From the IMG/VR virus record IMGVR_UViG_3300025150_000002, positions 1 through 64,000 of that record: 64,000 nucleotides of DNA, one strand, 5' to 3'. Under the pieces are notes generated by a model. It saw nothing but the letters and a program-made list of their open reading frames with translations, ran no database searches and had not been told where the DNA came from. Positions 8,920 to 18,700 of this stretch are shown here, one piece after another. Positions within the stretch are counted from its first letter, which is position 1. Every line of letters begins with the position of its first letter. Position numbers and translations under genes: made by a program. Origin of the DNA: a virus. Lineage: Duplodnaviria > Caudoviricetes.

Positions 8920-11742
8920 CTACCGTCGCCGAGCTCCAGACCCGAGGTGCCGGATCTCTTCCATGGTGATGTCGGCGTGCTCCATGTTCGGCACCGGGGT
9001 GCCCCCACGGAGCGTGCCGCCCTCAGTCATGACCTCGCGGTCACGCCGCTCGTGATCCGCAGGGAACTCCCTGCCGTTGCCGAAGAAGCGACGAACGCGC
9101 TCCTGGGCGCCCATCTCGTCGGCGCTCCAATCGGCGGCCTCGGCGATTTGGTTGATGCGCTTCTTGCCGCGCACCTCACCGCGCTCGATGCTGGTCAGGA
9201 TCTCGGACCGCCGAGGGTGACCAGCCAGACGCGTGGCCGCGTAGGACTGGCTCTCCAGCTGCTCTGCGATCTGGGCCGCGCGCTCCAACTGCTCGGACAT
9301 GATGCTGTTACGCTCTGCGAGCTGAGCGATAGTGCGATCCTTGCTGGCGAGGCCCTCCTCCAGCCGCTCAGTCAGCCGAGCGACCTGAGCTCGGAGCTCC
9401 TCGTCCTTCTCCTGCAGCTTCGAGGCCCGCTGCTGAGCGATCTCGGCCTTTCGCTGTTCGAGCTTGATCGCCTGACTCTCCTCGGAGGCGACGAGCTTCT
9501 TGGCCTCTTCGAGGGATCTGTCCGCCGAAGAGAGCGCCGACTCAACCTTGTGCTGGAGCTCCTCGACCGTGCTCAGCAGAGTGACGTCGCCGATCATCTC
9601 GCGGATCGATTCGGCGTCAGGCCGCTCTGAGAGCTTCTTCTCGACGTAGAGGCGGAAGCCGAGGCTCCGGGCCGCATCATTCGCCTCGGCGACCTGACGC
9701 TCCCCGGATTCGATCTTCTGCTCCAGCTTCTTGATGCTCTGCTCCAGCTTCTGGATCACACCGTCCTTGGTGTCCATCAGCTGCTTGACGTCGACAGGAG
9801 GCTTGAAGGGGACCACGATCCGAGCGATCTGCTCCAGGGCCAGCTTGGCTCCGGCAACCTCGGGGTCGGCAGCCATCTCCGACCGGACCACAGACTCGAC
9901 GTCCTTGCGGATGTCGGCGGTGGCGCGGACCAGCTTGGCCGCGAAGTCCTCCTTGAGCTCCTTGACCACGACTGGATAGAGCTCGGACTTGAACTGCTCG
10001 CGTAGCTCCTCACGGCTGGCGGCAAGGGCCTTCTCGACGTCCTGCTCCATCTCGACGCGCATCGCCTCAGTGGCGGTCTCAGAGGCGACATCGCAGGCTG
10101 ACTCGACGATCGACCGAACAGCGTCTGGGAACCGAACGCGAAGATCGTCTGCAGTCACCTGCTCCGCGAGGCCGTCATCGGACTCAGAGAAGAACTTGGG
10201 GTAGGCGGTGCTGACAGCCGGGTCGAGCACGAAGTCGAAGGCCACAAGACGAAAGTCCTCGCCAACTACTTCCTGGCCGGACTCGTGATGCGGGCGGGTT
10301 GAACCGAGTCCACGGCTGGAGACACCAACTGCGCCTCCGGCGCGCAGGATTGCAGCCAGGTTGCGGCCGTGATCCGTGTCCTCGATGATCTGGAACTTGC
10401 CCCAGATGGTGCCGTCAGACTCGATGCGCAGGCCGCGAATGATCGCGCCCGTGTCGCGGATACGGCTGTTGTGGTTGACGGTGTAGTCCCCAAGAAGGAA
10501 ACGACCATCACCATCAAGCTCGAAGCCGTAATACTCGCCCTCGCCGATGGCGGTGACGGTGAAGCCAGTCCGAGTCGCGTCCTTCTTCTGCTGACGAGGA
10601 TCAGCCTTCTTACGCTCCAGGCGAGTCGGGATCTGGTCCACAGATCCAGCGATGGTGAGCGTGTAGTAGTCCTCCGTGTATCCCTTCACCTTGCGGGTGG
10701 AGAGCACAGCCTGAAGCCCGAGCGACTTGGCAATTCGGTGGGCCGCCTCGGCGTAATCCGGGCGCTTCTGCGTGAGGTAGAAGCAGTTGTGCTGAAGGTG
10801 GCCGTCGGTGTCGATCAAGCCAGCGAGGAACTGAAGACGAGTCTCGCGGCTGCCACGTAGGATCTGGTCGGGGACTCGCAGGTCAGGTCCGACGAGGTCA
10901 CGAACAGCACGGAGTAGACGATTGTCCTGACCCCGCTCAGCGGTCAGGTAGACCGTTACTGCCTCGGTTCCAGTGGTCTTTCCTACCTCGTTGGTCTTGA
11001 TCTCCCAGCGCGCGGCGATCTCCTCACACATCTCCTTGATCTCAGGATCGATGGTGGTGATCGCCACGCTGCGCAGAACGTCTGCATCGCCCGTGCTCTT
11101 GGAGCCGTCGCCGAACCAGGCGCCCAGGAAGTAGGGGTCGACCGCAGGTGCCTCAAGCTCGTTCTCGAACTTCTCGACACCCACACTGAACATCTTGTAG
11201 CGGCTCTGGAAGTAGACTCCCTTCTCAGTCCACTCCTTGACGTTGATGTCAACCACCTCGCCCGTCGAGGTGTGGACCACCGACAGGATGTGAGCGTCGT
11301 TGCAGACCCACGGATCGCCCTTCATCGGGTCGATCCGGTAGAGAGGACCGGTTCCAGAAGTAGTCGAAACTACGGTTCGCGCCCGACCGTCAGGGCCCAT
11401 GAGCCGGTCGCCAGTGACGATCTGCTCAACGGGAAGGACACGACCATCGGCCAGAAGAACGGGAGTTCCCTTGCCGAGACACTTTCCGTCACCCGGATGG
11501 TCAACCGCCGCATAGAGAGAGCTCTCGTTGATACGGGCCTGCAGGCGATCCAGCTCGCGGCCCATGATCTTGGTCGGGTAGATGCGCCCGTTGGCCGTCG
11601 GCGTGTCGCAGTGGCCGATCTTGCCCTCGGCGAAGAGCTTCTTGTCGGACCCGTTCTCGGACTCAACAATGCTCGCTGTGAGCCTCGCCACGCCCTGGTT
11701 GTCGATCAGGACACGCCGTTCGGTGATCAGTGCGGTCGACAT
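8920..11742 (-). CDS. Prohead protease (T4 gp21-like) fused to a scaffold-like coiled coil; contains an intein
   Basis: NGRIYP, catalytic-triad-like DHP / VSSRGLGS / FDFVLDPA, then a long E/K/A-rich helical C-terminus. About 602 aa after splicing. AAGGAG RBS. Confidence 0.88.
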   Translation of the reverse strand: MSTALITERRVLIDNQGVARLTASIVESENGSDKKLFAEGKIGHCDTPTANGRIYPTKIMGRELDRLQARINESSLYAAVDHPGDGKCLGKGTPVLLADGRVLPVEQIVTGDRLMGPDGRARTVVSTTSGTGPLYRIDPMKGDPWVCNDAHILSVVHTSTGEVVDINVKEWTEKGVYFQSRYKMFSVGVEKFENELEAPAVDPYFLGAWFGDGSKSTGDADVLRSVAITTIDPEIKEMCEEIAARWEIKTNEVGKTTGTEAVTVYLTAERGQDNRLLRAVRDLVGPDLRVPDQILRGSRETRLQFLAGLIDTDGHLQHNCFYLTQKRPDYAEAAHRIAKSLGLQAVLSTRKVKGYTEDYYTLTIAGSVDQIPTRLERKKADPRQQKKDATRTGFTVTAIGEGEYYGFELDGDGRFLLGDYTVNHNSRIRDTGAIIRGLRIESDGTIWGKFQIIEDTDHGRNLAAILRAGGAVGVSSRGLGSTRPHHESGQEVVGEDFRLVAFDFVLDPAVSTAYPKFFSESDDGLAEQVTADDLRVRFPDAVRSIVESACDVASETATEAMRVEMEQDVEKALAASREELREQFKSELYPVVVKELKEDFAAKLVRATADIRKDVESVVRSEMAADPEVAGAKLALEQIARIVVPFKPPVDVKQLMDTKDGVIQKLEQSIKKLEQKIESGERQVAEANDAARSLGFRLYVEKKLSERPDAESIREMIGDVTLLSTVEELQHKVESALSSADRSLEEAKKLVASEESQAIKLEQRKAEIAQQRASKLQEKDEELRAQVARLTERLEEGLASKDRTIAQLAERNSIMSEQLERAAQIAEQLESQSYAATRLAGHPRRSEILTSIERGEVRGKKRINQIAEAADWSADEMGAQERVRRFFGNGREFPADHERRDREVMTEGGTLRGGTPVPNMEHADITMEEIRHLGSGARRR
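10468..11481 (-). mobile_element. LAGLIDADG intein in the prohead protease (338 aa)
   Basis: DHPGDGK|CLGKGTPVLLADG...CNDAH...FLGAWFGDG...FLAGLIDTDG...FLLGDYTVNHN|SRIR. Confidence 0.92.
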
Positions 11743-11764
11743 GTATGCTCCTTGTTCACTTATC

Positions 11765-11833
11765 GTGGAGCCGGGAGTCGAACCCGGTCCGACTAGTTGT
11801 TAGGCCAGCCTGCTCGCCGTCGAGCATCTCCAC
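11765..11833 (-). ncRNA. tRNA-like cloverleaf, non-canonical
   Basis: GUGGAG/CUCCAC acceptor stem; UGCUCG-ACGG-CGAGCA arm; GGCUGG-CCUAACAA-CUAGUC arm with an 8-nt loop; perfect T arm CCGGG-UUCGACU-CCCGG; no encoded CCA. Confidence 0.65.
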
Positions 11834-11871
11834 AAACCTTTGCCAGCCCATCACTAGGCTAGCATCACTTG

Positions 11872-12864
11872 CTACAGCTGCGCGAGGCCCCGCTTGAGGT
11901 CACGGGACAGGCTGTTCAGGTCCTCGATCGCGTCGTCCACGTCGGTGTTCGAGCGCTCCGAGATCGCACGGAGGAGCAGACGGGCATCAGCGGCGACGCC
12001 CTCGAAGTACTTGCCGAGACGGACACGGGGGTGATCCGAGCCGACCTTCTCGCGTGACTCGCGGAGCTCAGCAGCCAGACCGTGGGCAACCTCCTCGGAG
12101 GTGTCACGAATGGCCTCGAAACCCTCGATGATCTTGTTGCCGAGAGTCTGCATCTCGTCCTCAGACTCGGTCTGCTGGGTCAGAGCCTTGAGCTCACCCA
12201 CCAGGTTGGTCAGCGACTCGGCCTTCTCGCTGGGGCGCGGGGAGGCGTCGTGGTAGCGCCAGCCCTTGAGCTTGCGCATCGCACAGGTGCCGTCGACCTT
12301 CTCGTTCGGGTTGTTCTCGGCATCGCCGGCCCACGAGGGGTTGGCGCCACCAGGGAGCTCATCTGGGTCGTGATCGGGCTCCAGAGAGAGGTACTTGCCC
12401 TGGGTCTCGATGATGAAGGACATCGCGTTGACGACGGTCTTGTAGTCGTCCTCGGACAGCTTCTCGTTGCGCTCGTTCAGTGCGTAGTACTGCTTGACCA
12501 CATCCCAGGCTGACTCGTAGGCCGCCATCTCCTCATCACCACCCATGTCGTAGGTCGAGGGGGCGAAGTCCTTCTCGTCCTCTCCGCCGGAGATCGGGGC
12601 GCCCTTCGACGGGAAGGGAGGCGACTTCGGGGCTGGTGCGGGAGGGGCCGAAGATGCACCTGGAGCGGCGGGGGCGGCAGGCGGCGGACCTCCGGGGGCC
12701 TCATCGCCATCCGGCTCAGCGTGGCCCATACCCTGTGCCATGCTGGGGTCCGGCTCCATGTCGTCGCCCATCTCGTTGAGGCGGCGCTGACCCTTCGTAG
12801 CCCGGACAAGACCGAGCGTCTGAAGGTCTTCCATCAGTGATGTGGTTGGCTTCTGATCGTACAT
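11872..12864 (-). CDS. Hypothetical head-associated protein with a Pro/Ala-rich linker
   Basis: 330-aa ORF co-oriented upstream of the protease; many L-x-E sites. Confidence 0.65.
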   Translation of the reverse strand: MYDQKPTTSLMEDLQTLGLVRATKGQRRLNEMGDDMEPDPSMAQGMGHAEPDGDEAPGGPPPAAPAAPGASSAPPAPAPKSPPFPSKGAPISGGEDEKDFAPSTYDMGGDEEMAAYESAWDVVKQYYALNERNEKLSEDDYKTVVNAMSFIIETQGKYLSLEPDHDPDELPGGANPSWAGDAENNPNEKVDGTCAMRKLKGWRYHDASPRPSEKAESLTNLVGELKALTQQTESEDEMQTLGNKIIEGFEAIRDTSEEVAHGLAAELRESREKVGSDHPRVRLGKYFEGVAADARLLLRAISERSNTDVDDAIEDLNSLSRDLKRGLAQL

Positions 12865-12866
12865 TG

Positions 12867-13712
12867 CTAACTCCTGTCCGGGGGTGATGCCGTGGTGTTG
12901 TCCCGGGTCAAATGAGTGAGGAAATTGATGCCCGCAAGTAGGCGCGGCACCACTTGCCGGACCTCCTCATGGACCTGGAGCACTTCTGCTTGAGCGCCTC
13001 GATCAACATCGTTGAGGATGGAGATCGCAGACTTGAGGTCCTCGGCGATATCGCTGGCCGCCTCGATAGCGCCGGTGTTGCTGCTGCCGGCGTTGTGAAG
13101 GGCCTTGAGCGCTGCTACTGCGTGGGCCGCGCCCTCCTTCAGGATCTTGTGGAGCACGTCGAGCGCTTCGACCGTGACAGAGCTGCCGTCAACCCACTCA
13201 GGGACGGCGACTTCGGCCGCGAACTGCTCGTTGATGGCTTCTTCCCACCAGGTCTTGCGGCCCAGACTCTTCAGCTGAACAGCCACAGAGATGCGTCGGT
13301 GGAGATCGCCCTTCACGTCCATGGCGCCGGCGATACCGCGCACCATTGGTGTAGCTTGGTCGTAGTTCTCGGAGAGGATCAGGTCAACCGCTGACTTTGC
13401 GGTCTCCATGACCTCGGCCCCGATGTCTGAAGCGGGAGTCGGGACTGAGTAGATGTCTGGCTTGCCAAAGTGAACTTCACCGTCTTGCTCAGACACCGGA
13501 ACACGCATGAGCACGCCCTCCTTGCGGGCGATGACGTGATGCGTGTAGGAGGCGATCAGCTCAGCTGGACCACCATCCCAGGACTCGCTCTGAAGAGCAT
13601 CAGCGATACGATCACGACGGGCTTCGAGAGAGCCCTCCTTCAGCTTGGTGATGAGGTCAACCTCACCACGGGCTTCCCGGAGAGTCTCAGCGATGTTTGT
13701 GTTGAGTGACAT
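12867..13712 (-). CDS. Hypothetical head-associated helical protein
   Basis: GGAG RBS and ATG at 13712; first gene of the minus-strand head operon. Confidence 0.65.
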   Translation of the reverse strand: MSLNTNIAETLREARGEVDLITKLKEGSLEARRDRIADALQSESWDGGPAELIASYTHHVIARKEGVLMRVPVSEQDGEVHFGKPDIYSVPTPASDIGAEVMETAKSAVDLILSENYDQATPMVRGIAGAMDVKGDLHRRISVAVQLKSLGRKTWWEEAINEQFAAEVAVPEWVDGSSVTVEALDVLHKILKEGAAHAVAALKALHNAGSSNTGAIEAASDIAEDLKSAISILNDVDRGAQAEVLQVHEEVRQVVPRLLAGINFLTHLTRDNTTASPPDRS

Positions 13713-13967
13713 CAATTGCTCCGTGTAGTCCCGGTTCTAAAACCAAGTGATGCTGAGGGCAAGAGCCATTTTCACAAGGGATAGATGTATCCGGCCAGAA
13801 TCGAGCAAGTAAGCCGTCGTTGGCGCTCCTAAAAGACGTTTCTGATATCGGAAATGGGCTGGATGCTACACAACTAGCACACTTATGGTTTTTTACTGGA
13901 CCGAAGTGATGTGAGTCGGATAGACTCGTGATGCGGTGGTGATTCCGACAGACTCATTCGGGAAAGG

Positions 13968-13984
13968 TGATCAACGGTTGATCA
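13968..13984. promoter_or_regulatory. Perfect inverted repeat, candidate operator
   Basis: TGATCAAC-G-GTTGATCA, 36 nt upstream of the RHH gene in the divergent head/tail intergenic region. Confidence 0.35.
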
Positions 13985-14020
13985 GACTCGTCCCTTTCGG
14001 GAGGTCTCACGTTGGAGGCA

Positions 14021-14530
14021 ATGATTCAAACAATGGCATCAGACAACGTTCGCCTCAACTACACCATCTCCGAACAGATCGACGAGCAGCTGTCCAGTTA
14101 TTGCGAGATCACTGGTCGCACCGCGTCTGATCTGGTTAGGCAACTAGTCAGTGAGGTCCTGGAGGACGACCGTCCTCTACCGCCTCCAGCGGAGATCGAC
14201 GCTTTTCTTCGCAATGGGGACCGACGCGAACGCCGTACGGACATGTGGATGTCGGCGCGGTATCTGTCTGCGCTGGACACCAAGCTGGAGGACGAGGGCT
14301 ACTCGGGAAAAAGCGGCGTGATCGCCTACCTGCTCCACGATTTCCTGAACGCACGCGGGAACCACGCAGGGACTGAGATGGTCCGCATTACCACGTTCGT
14401 AGATCGCCTCACCTATGTGTATCTGATGGAAGAAGCGTCCAAACAAATGACCTCCTTGGAGGAAGTCATCGCCTCTCTATGCAAGGAGGCCGTTATCCCA
14501 GGCGGCCACCCAACCCGTCTGAACGGCTAA
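14021..14530 (+). CDS. Tandem ribbon-helix-helix (CopG-like) DNA-binding protein
   Basis: Three RHH-like units (VRLNYTISEQIDEQL..., RRTDMWMSARYL..., VRITTFVDRLTY...). GGAGG RBS just before ATG 14021. Confidence 0.65.
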   Translation: MIQTMASDNVRLNYTISEQIDEQLSSYCEITGRTASDLVRQLVSEVLEDDRPLPPPAEIDAFLRNGDRRERRTDMWMSARYLSALDTKLEDEGYSGKSGVIAYLLHDFLNARGNHAGTEMVRITTFVDRLTYVYLMEEASKQMTSLEEVIASLCKEAVIPGGHPTRLNG

Positions 14531-14544
14531 TCAAGGAGCATTCA

Positions 14545-15420
14545 ATGGCTGCGCATAACAACATTCCGAACCTAGAAGTGTTCGGTAAGGGTCGGGGCGA
14601 CTTCAAGCTGCCCTGTGGTCACGTTGACGGCGACGGGCGCGTGTTCGACACCGTCTACCTTCGGGAGATGACTGGCATCGAAGACGATCTGATGGCCGAC
14701 GACGAGCTCCACCTCTCCGAGCGCATGACCCGCATCATCGCGAACTGCACGGAGAAGCTCACGACCAACGCGCCTGGTGAGGGGCAGCAAGTCATCACGG
14801 ACCGCGACGCGATCAACGCTATCGTAGGCGACGACTTGAAGGCTGGGCTGCCCTTCACGATCGCGGACCGCATGGCGTGCCTGCTCTACATTCGGCGCCT
14901 GTCCCTCGGAGACAACTACAAGATCGACGGCCGCCTCTGCCCATCGTGCAACAAGCCGGTCAAGAACAAGAGCCTCAACCTGGCTGATCTGAAGGTGTCG
15001 CGCTGTAAGGACGCCCGGCTGAGGAACGTCGCGGTGAACCTCAAGAAGAGCAAGAAGCGCGCGGTGCTGAAGGTACTCTCAGCAGCCGGAGAGCGCCTTG
15101 TATCAGAGGCGCGGCCTGATGCGAAGAACGCGCGGTCCTACGCCATACTGAGCCGTCTGGTATCGATTGACGACAAGGCTCCGACCGGAGACCCAGAGGT
15201 CGATCTGCCGATCGTTCAGACATTGCCTCGCGTAGACCGCATTCAGCTCATCAACGTGATCAATTTGATGGAAGGAGGTATCGAGACAGAGGTTGAGGTC
15301 AAGTGCAGCCGGGCCGGGTGCAACGCCGAGTTCAAGTTCGACCTGGATCTGGGTCAGGTTTTTTTCTCCAACCCCGAGGAGGAGGAGGAACTCAGCGTGG
15401 AGACTCTGGACTGGGTGTAG
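14545..15420 (+). CDS. Tail assembly chaperone / baseplate hub assembly protein (T4 gp26-like)
   Basis: LPCG...LREMTG.EDD...DR..CLL.IRRLSLG..Y...CPSC...LNLADL pattern; AAGGAG RBS; upstream of the tape measure. Confidence 0.7.
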   Translation: MAAHNNIPNLEVFGKGRGDFKLPCGHVDGDGRVFDTVYLREMTGIEDDLMADDELHLSERMTRIIANCTEKLTTNAPGEGQQVITDRDAINAIVGDDLKAGLPFTIADRMACLLYIRRLSLGDNYKIDGRLCPSCNKPVKNKSLNLADLKVSRCKDARLRNVAVNLKKSKKRAVLKVLSAAGERLVSEARPDAKNARSYAILSRLVSIDDKAPTGDPEVDLPIVQTLPRVDRIQLINVINLMEGGIETEVEVKCSRAGCNAEFKFDLDLGQVFFSNPEEEEELSVETLDWV

Positions 15421-15740
15421 AGACCCCGATCATCTACGACCAATCCGGTTGGTGGACCGTAGACGGCCCACGGTTCTTCGCGTTTCTCCCTCTCGGGCAA
15501 AGAGTGCTGCTTGACCTCGATATCTTAATTCTGGCCAAAGTGTTCCATTGGTCAGAAGAGTCGGTCCTGCGGATGTCAGCGTCAAGGCGACGCCGCATGG
15601 TCAGACTACAAGAAGAGGTCGCCAGACAGGAAAAGGCGGAGGCAAAAGGTCAAACCACCAATCCGCAACCAACAATGCCCACGGGTCTAAGCCCAGGACA
15701 CTTACCTTCGGAGGCGATTGCCTTAGACTACGGTGTATAG
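15363..15740 (+). CDS. -1 frame extension of the tail chaperone (G-T type), LAKVFHWSEESVLRMSASRRRR segment
   Basis: Open -1 frame with no good start of its own; heptamer T TTT TTC at 15360-15366 in the upstream gene. Confidence 0.6.
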   Translation, partial: FLQPRGGGGTQRGDSGLGVETPIIYDQSGWWTVDGPRFFAFLPLGQRVLLDLDILILAKVFHWSEESVLRMSASRRRRMVRLQEEVARQEKAEAKGQTTNPQPTMPTGLSPGHLPSEAIALDYGV

Positions 15741-15762
15741 GAAGCGCATCAAAGGTCGATAA

Positions 15763-18700
15763 ATGCCGAGGAATCCTAACTATCCGATTCAAGGTGAGTT
15801 TCGCGGCGGTCGTTCGATCATCACGAACCTCAACTCGATCCGCAACGCCCTCGACACCACACGCCTGGCCGCCACCAAGACGTTCGCCATTGACCGTCAG
15901 GTCAAGAACCTCGGCATCCAGATGGGCTACAACGCGGCCCAGACAACCCAGATGGCAGAAACCATCACCGGGCTGTCCAACGTTACAGGACTCAGCACCG
16001 ACAAGACCGGCGAGCTCGTCAACGCGATGGCGGCCGCCGGTCTGTCGGCCGGTGAATTCGACTCGACACTCAAGAACACCACTGACACGTTCGGCGCCCT
16101 GTCGGAGGGCGGCGCTGAAAACCTAGAAATGATGGCCGAGCTCATCGGTCGTCACAAACTGAGCGCCGCAGCTGTCGTGAGGACCAACGCCTCGTTGAGA
16201 AATATGGGGATAGGGCTAAAGGATCTGACCAACAAGGTCACCGTCTGGCAGAAGAACTACCAGATCCCCGGCATGCTCGCCCAGATGCCACAGGCCGTGG
16301 CCTTCGCCGAGAAGTCGATGATCAGCTTCAAGGCGCTTCTTGGGGTTAGCGCCGAGAAGATCATAGCCGACACGATGAAGACCGGCGCGATCTTCGCCAA
16401 GGTTTATGGCGTAGACATCGGTGCCGCCATTCAGATGGCGCAGCAGAATCAACAGCACTTCCTGCAGCAGCAGGCCACGAACGCTGATGTGTTCCTTGGC
16501 CTATCCGATAGCTACAGCCCGCTTACGAACGCTATGTTCGAAGTTGGCATGCAGTTCGAGCAGATTCAGGCCTTGATGAAGAAGGGTCAAGAGGACCCTG
16601 CGGCCTATGCCGAGCAAGTCCTGTCAATGAAGAAGCAGTTGGAGGCTACCTACGGCAAGGGGTCCAACTTCGTCCAGCGGTGGTATCAGCAGACGCTTCG
16701 CGCATCGTCCGAGCAGGCCAAGATGTACTTGACCGAAAAGGACGCGCTCAAGAAGTATAGGGATGCTCAGGCAGAGGCGGCCCGCATTGCAAAAACGTCT
16801 CAGGGAGTGGGTGGTAAAGCCTTCGAGGACATGACAAGGAAGTTCAGAGCTGTTGGAGCGACCGTCCTAGAGACCTTCCACAACCTCCTGACGCTTGGTA
16901 AGACGATCCTCGGCCTCACAATTGCCGACAACCTCACGAAGTCGTTTGAGGGCCTTCATGCCTGGATAAAGAGGGTCAACACAGGAGTCAGGCGCTTCTC
17001 TGAAAACTTCGCGCAATGGATGCGAGACAATCCGAAGATCGTCTCTGGTGTTCAGCAAGTCATCAAGGCTGGTGTGATTCTAGGCGGGCTCCTCGGCTCC
17101 CTGGCTGGGACTGCAACCAGTCTGATCATTCCGTTCAAGACGCTGGAGGCTCTGCTCACGAGGCTACCGCTGATTGGCGGGAGGGCGTCGTCCGTGTTCG
17201 GAGGAATCGGCAAGGTCTTCTCCACGGTTGCCAATAAGATCCTCTTGCCAATCGGCATCATCTACGCAGCGATTAAGGCCTTTGATGACTTTGGCAAGGC
17301 GCTCAAGAACCCGAGCCTCACCGGACCTGAAAAACTGCTCAATGGCGTAAGGGCTGTCTTCGTGGGCATTGTCTCGGCCTTCGATGATCTACTAATGGGC
17401 ATCCCGACGAAAATCGTCAAGTCGTTCTTCCCGAGCATGCGCGGATCTCTGGTTGACGGTGTCAAGCGCCTATTCATCAGCCTCCAGGCCCAGATGATTA
17501 GTTCTGGAGGCACTGCATCCACGACTGTGTTCCAGCAGATTCAGATCTGGTTCGGCGAAAAGATGGATCAGATCTGGGCGTGGATGTCGACCAAGCTCGG
17601 TGGGTGGCGCGAGAGCGCCAAGGAGATGGGCGCCAACGTCGGCCGCGCGCTTGGTCAACTCGCGAAATGGGCGTGGGACGGGATCAAGTGGCTGTTCAAT
17701 CCGTCCAATTGGAAGAGGGGTTGGGATCGAGTTGTGCGCTGGTTCAATGGCGACGGCGGCCCTGCACTCAACGACTCGTTCACCAACATCTTCCTCGGCA
17801 TAGGTACGGTTATCTCGGACTTTGTAGTGTCTGCCCGCGACGAGATTCTTGGTAGCTTCGGCACCAGTTGGGATGAGGTGTGGCTCAGACTTCAAGACTT
17901 CGGCGACCGGTTCAAGGAGTGGACGATTTGGTTGAAAGATGTCGGTGTCGGCCACGTAAAAATGGCGTGGTTGAACATCAAAGACTCGGTCATCGATTCT
18001 ATGGCAACAGTTGCTGATAAAGTGTTGAGCGGGTGGGCAAAGATTAAGGAGATGTCCGCAAAGGCCGCTGACTGGATCCTTAATTTCGTAATTGGACCAC
18101 TCGTCAGGGGTTACGCCGAGATCGCCCTTGGGGCCGCTAAATCTGATTATCTGGCCAACGACGACCGTGCGGCGTGGGTCGAGGCTCAGAAGCTCTATAG
18201 CGAGAGAATGAAGATCGCCAATAGAGCGCCTGATGCGGCGGCTGCTGCAGCAAGGATCTCCGCCAACGAGGATGCTCTTGCGCTTCTTAAAACCACCAAG
18301 GGGGCTCAAGCGGCCATCCAGAAGGAGCGGGAGGCCCTCCTCGTTAATCAGGGTAAGGCTGAAGCCGAATACGAAGACCGTCGAGCCGAGCGAGCTCGCG
18401 CGGCTGCCTCACGTCTAGAGGAGGCGCGACAGAAGGCGCGACAAACTGGGGATGGTATCCGAGCTCGCCGAGAGGCTGAGCGTACAAACGCTGAGCGTCT
18501 AGGTGCCTGGGCAGATCAACTTCGCGGAGGCTTCGTCGCTCGAACCGAGGCCATCATTACCAGCCTTCATAGTGAGCAAAGCAGAGCAACGGAGGCTGGT
18601 AACTCCAGAACCGCGACAAGGCTTGACGGCAAGATCGAGGATATGCGCGAGACGCTTAATCATTTCAAGACCCTGAAGAATCCGGACCAGATGCAGGAGC

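Noticed and set aside
13720-14010. T4-type late promoter TATAAATA
   Set aside because: Not found by eye in this or the other divergent intergenic regions, so no promoter consensus is claimed.
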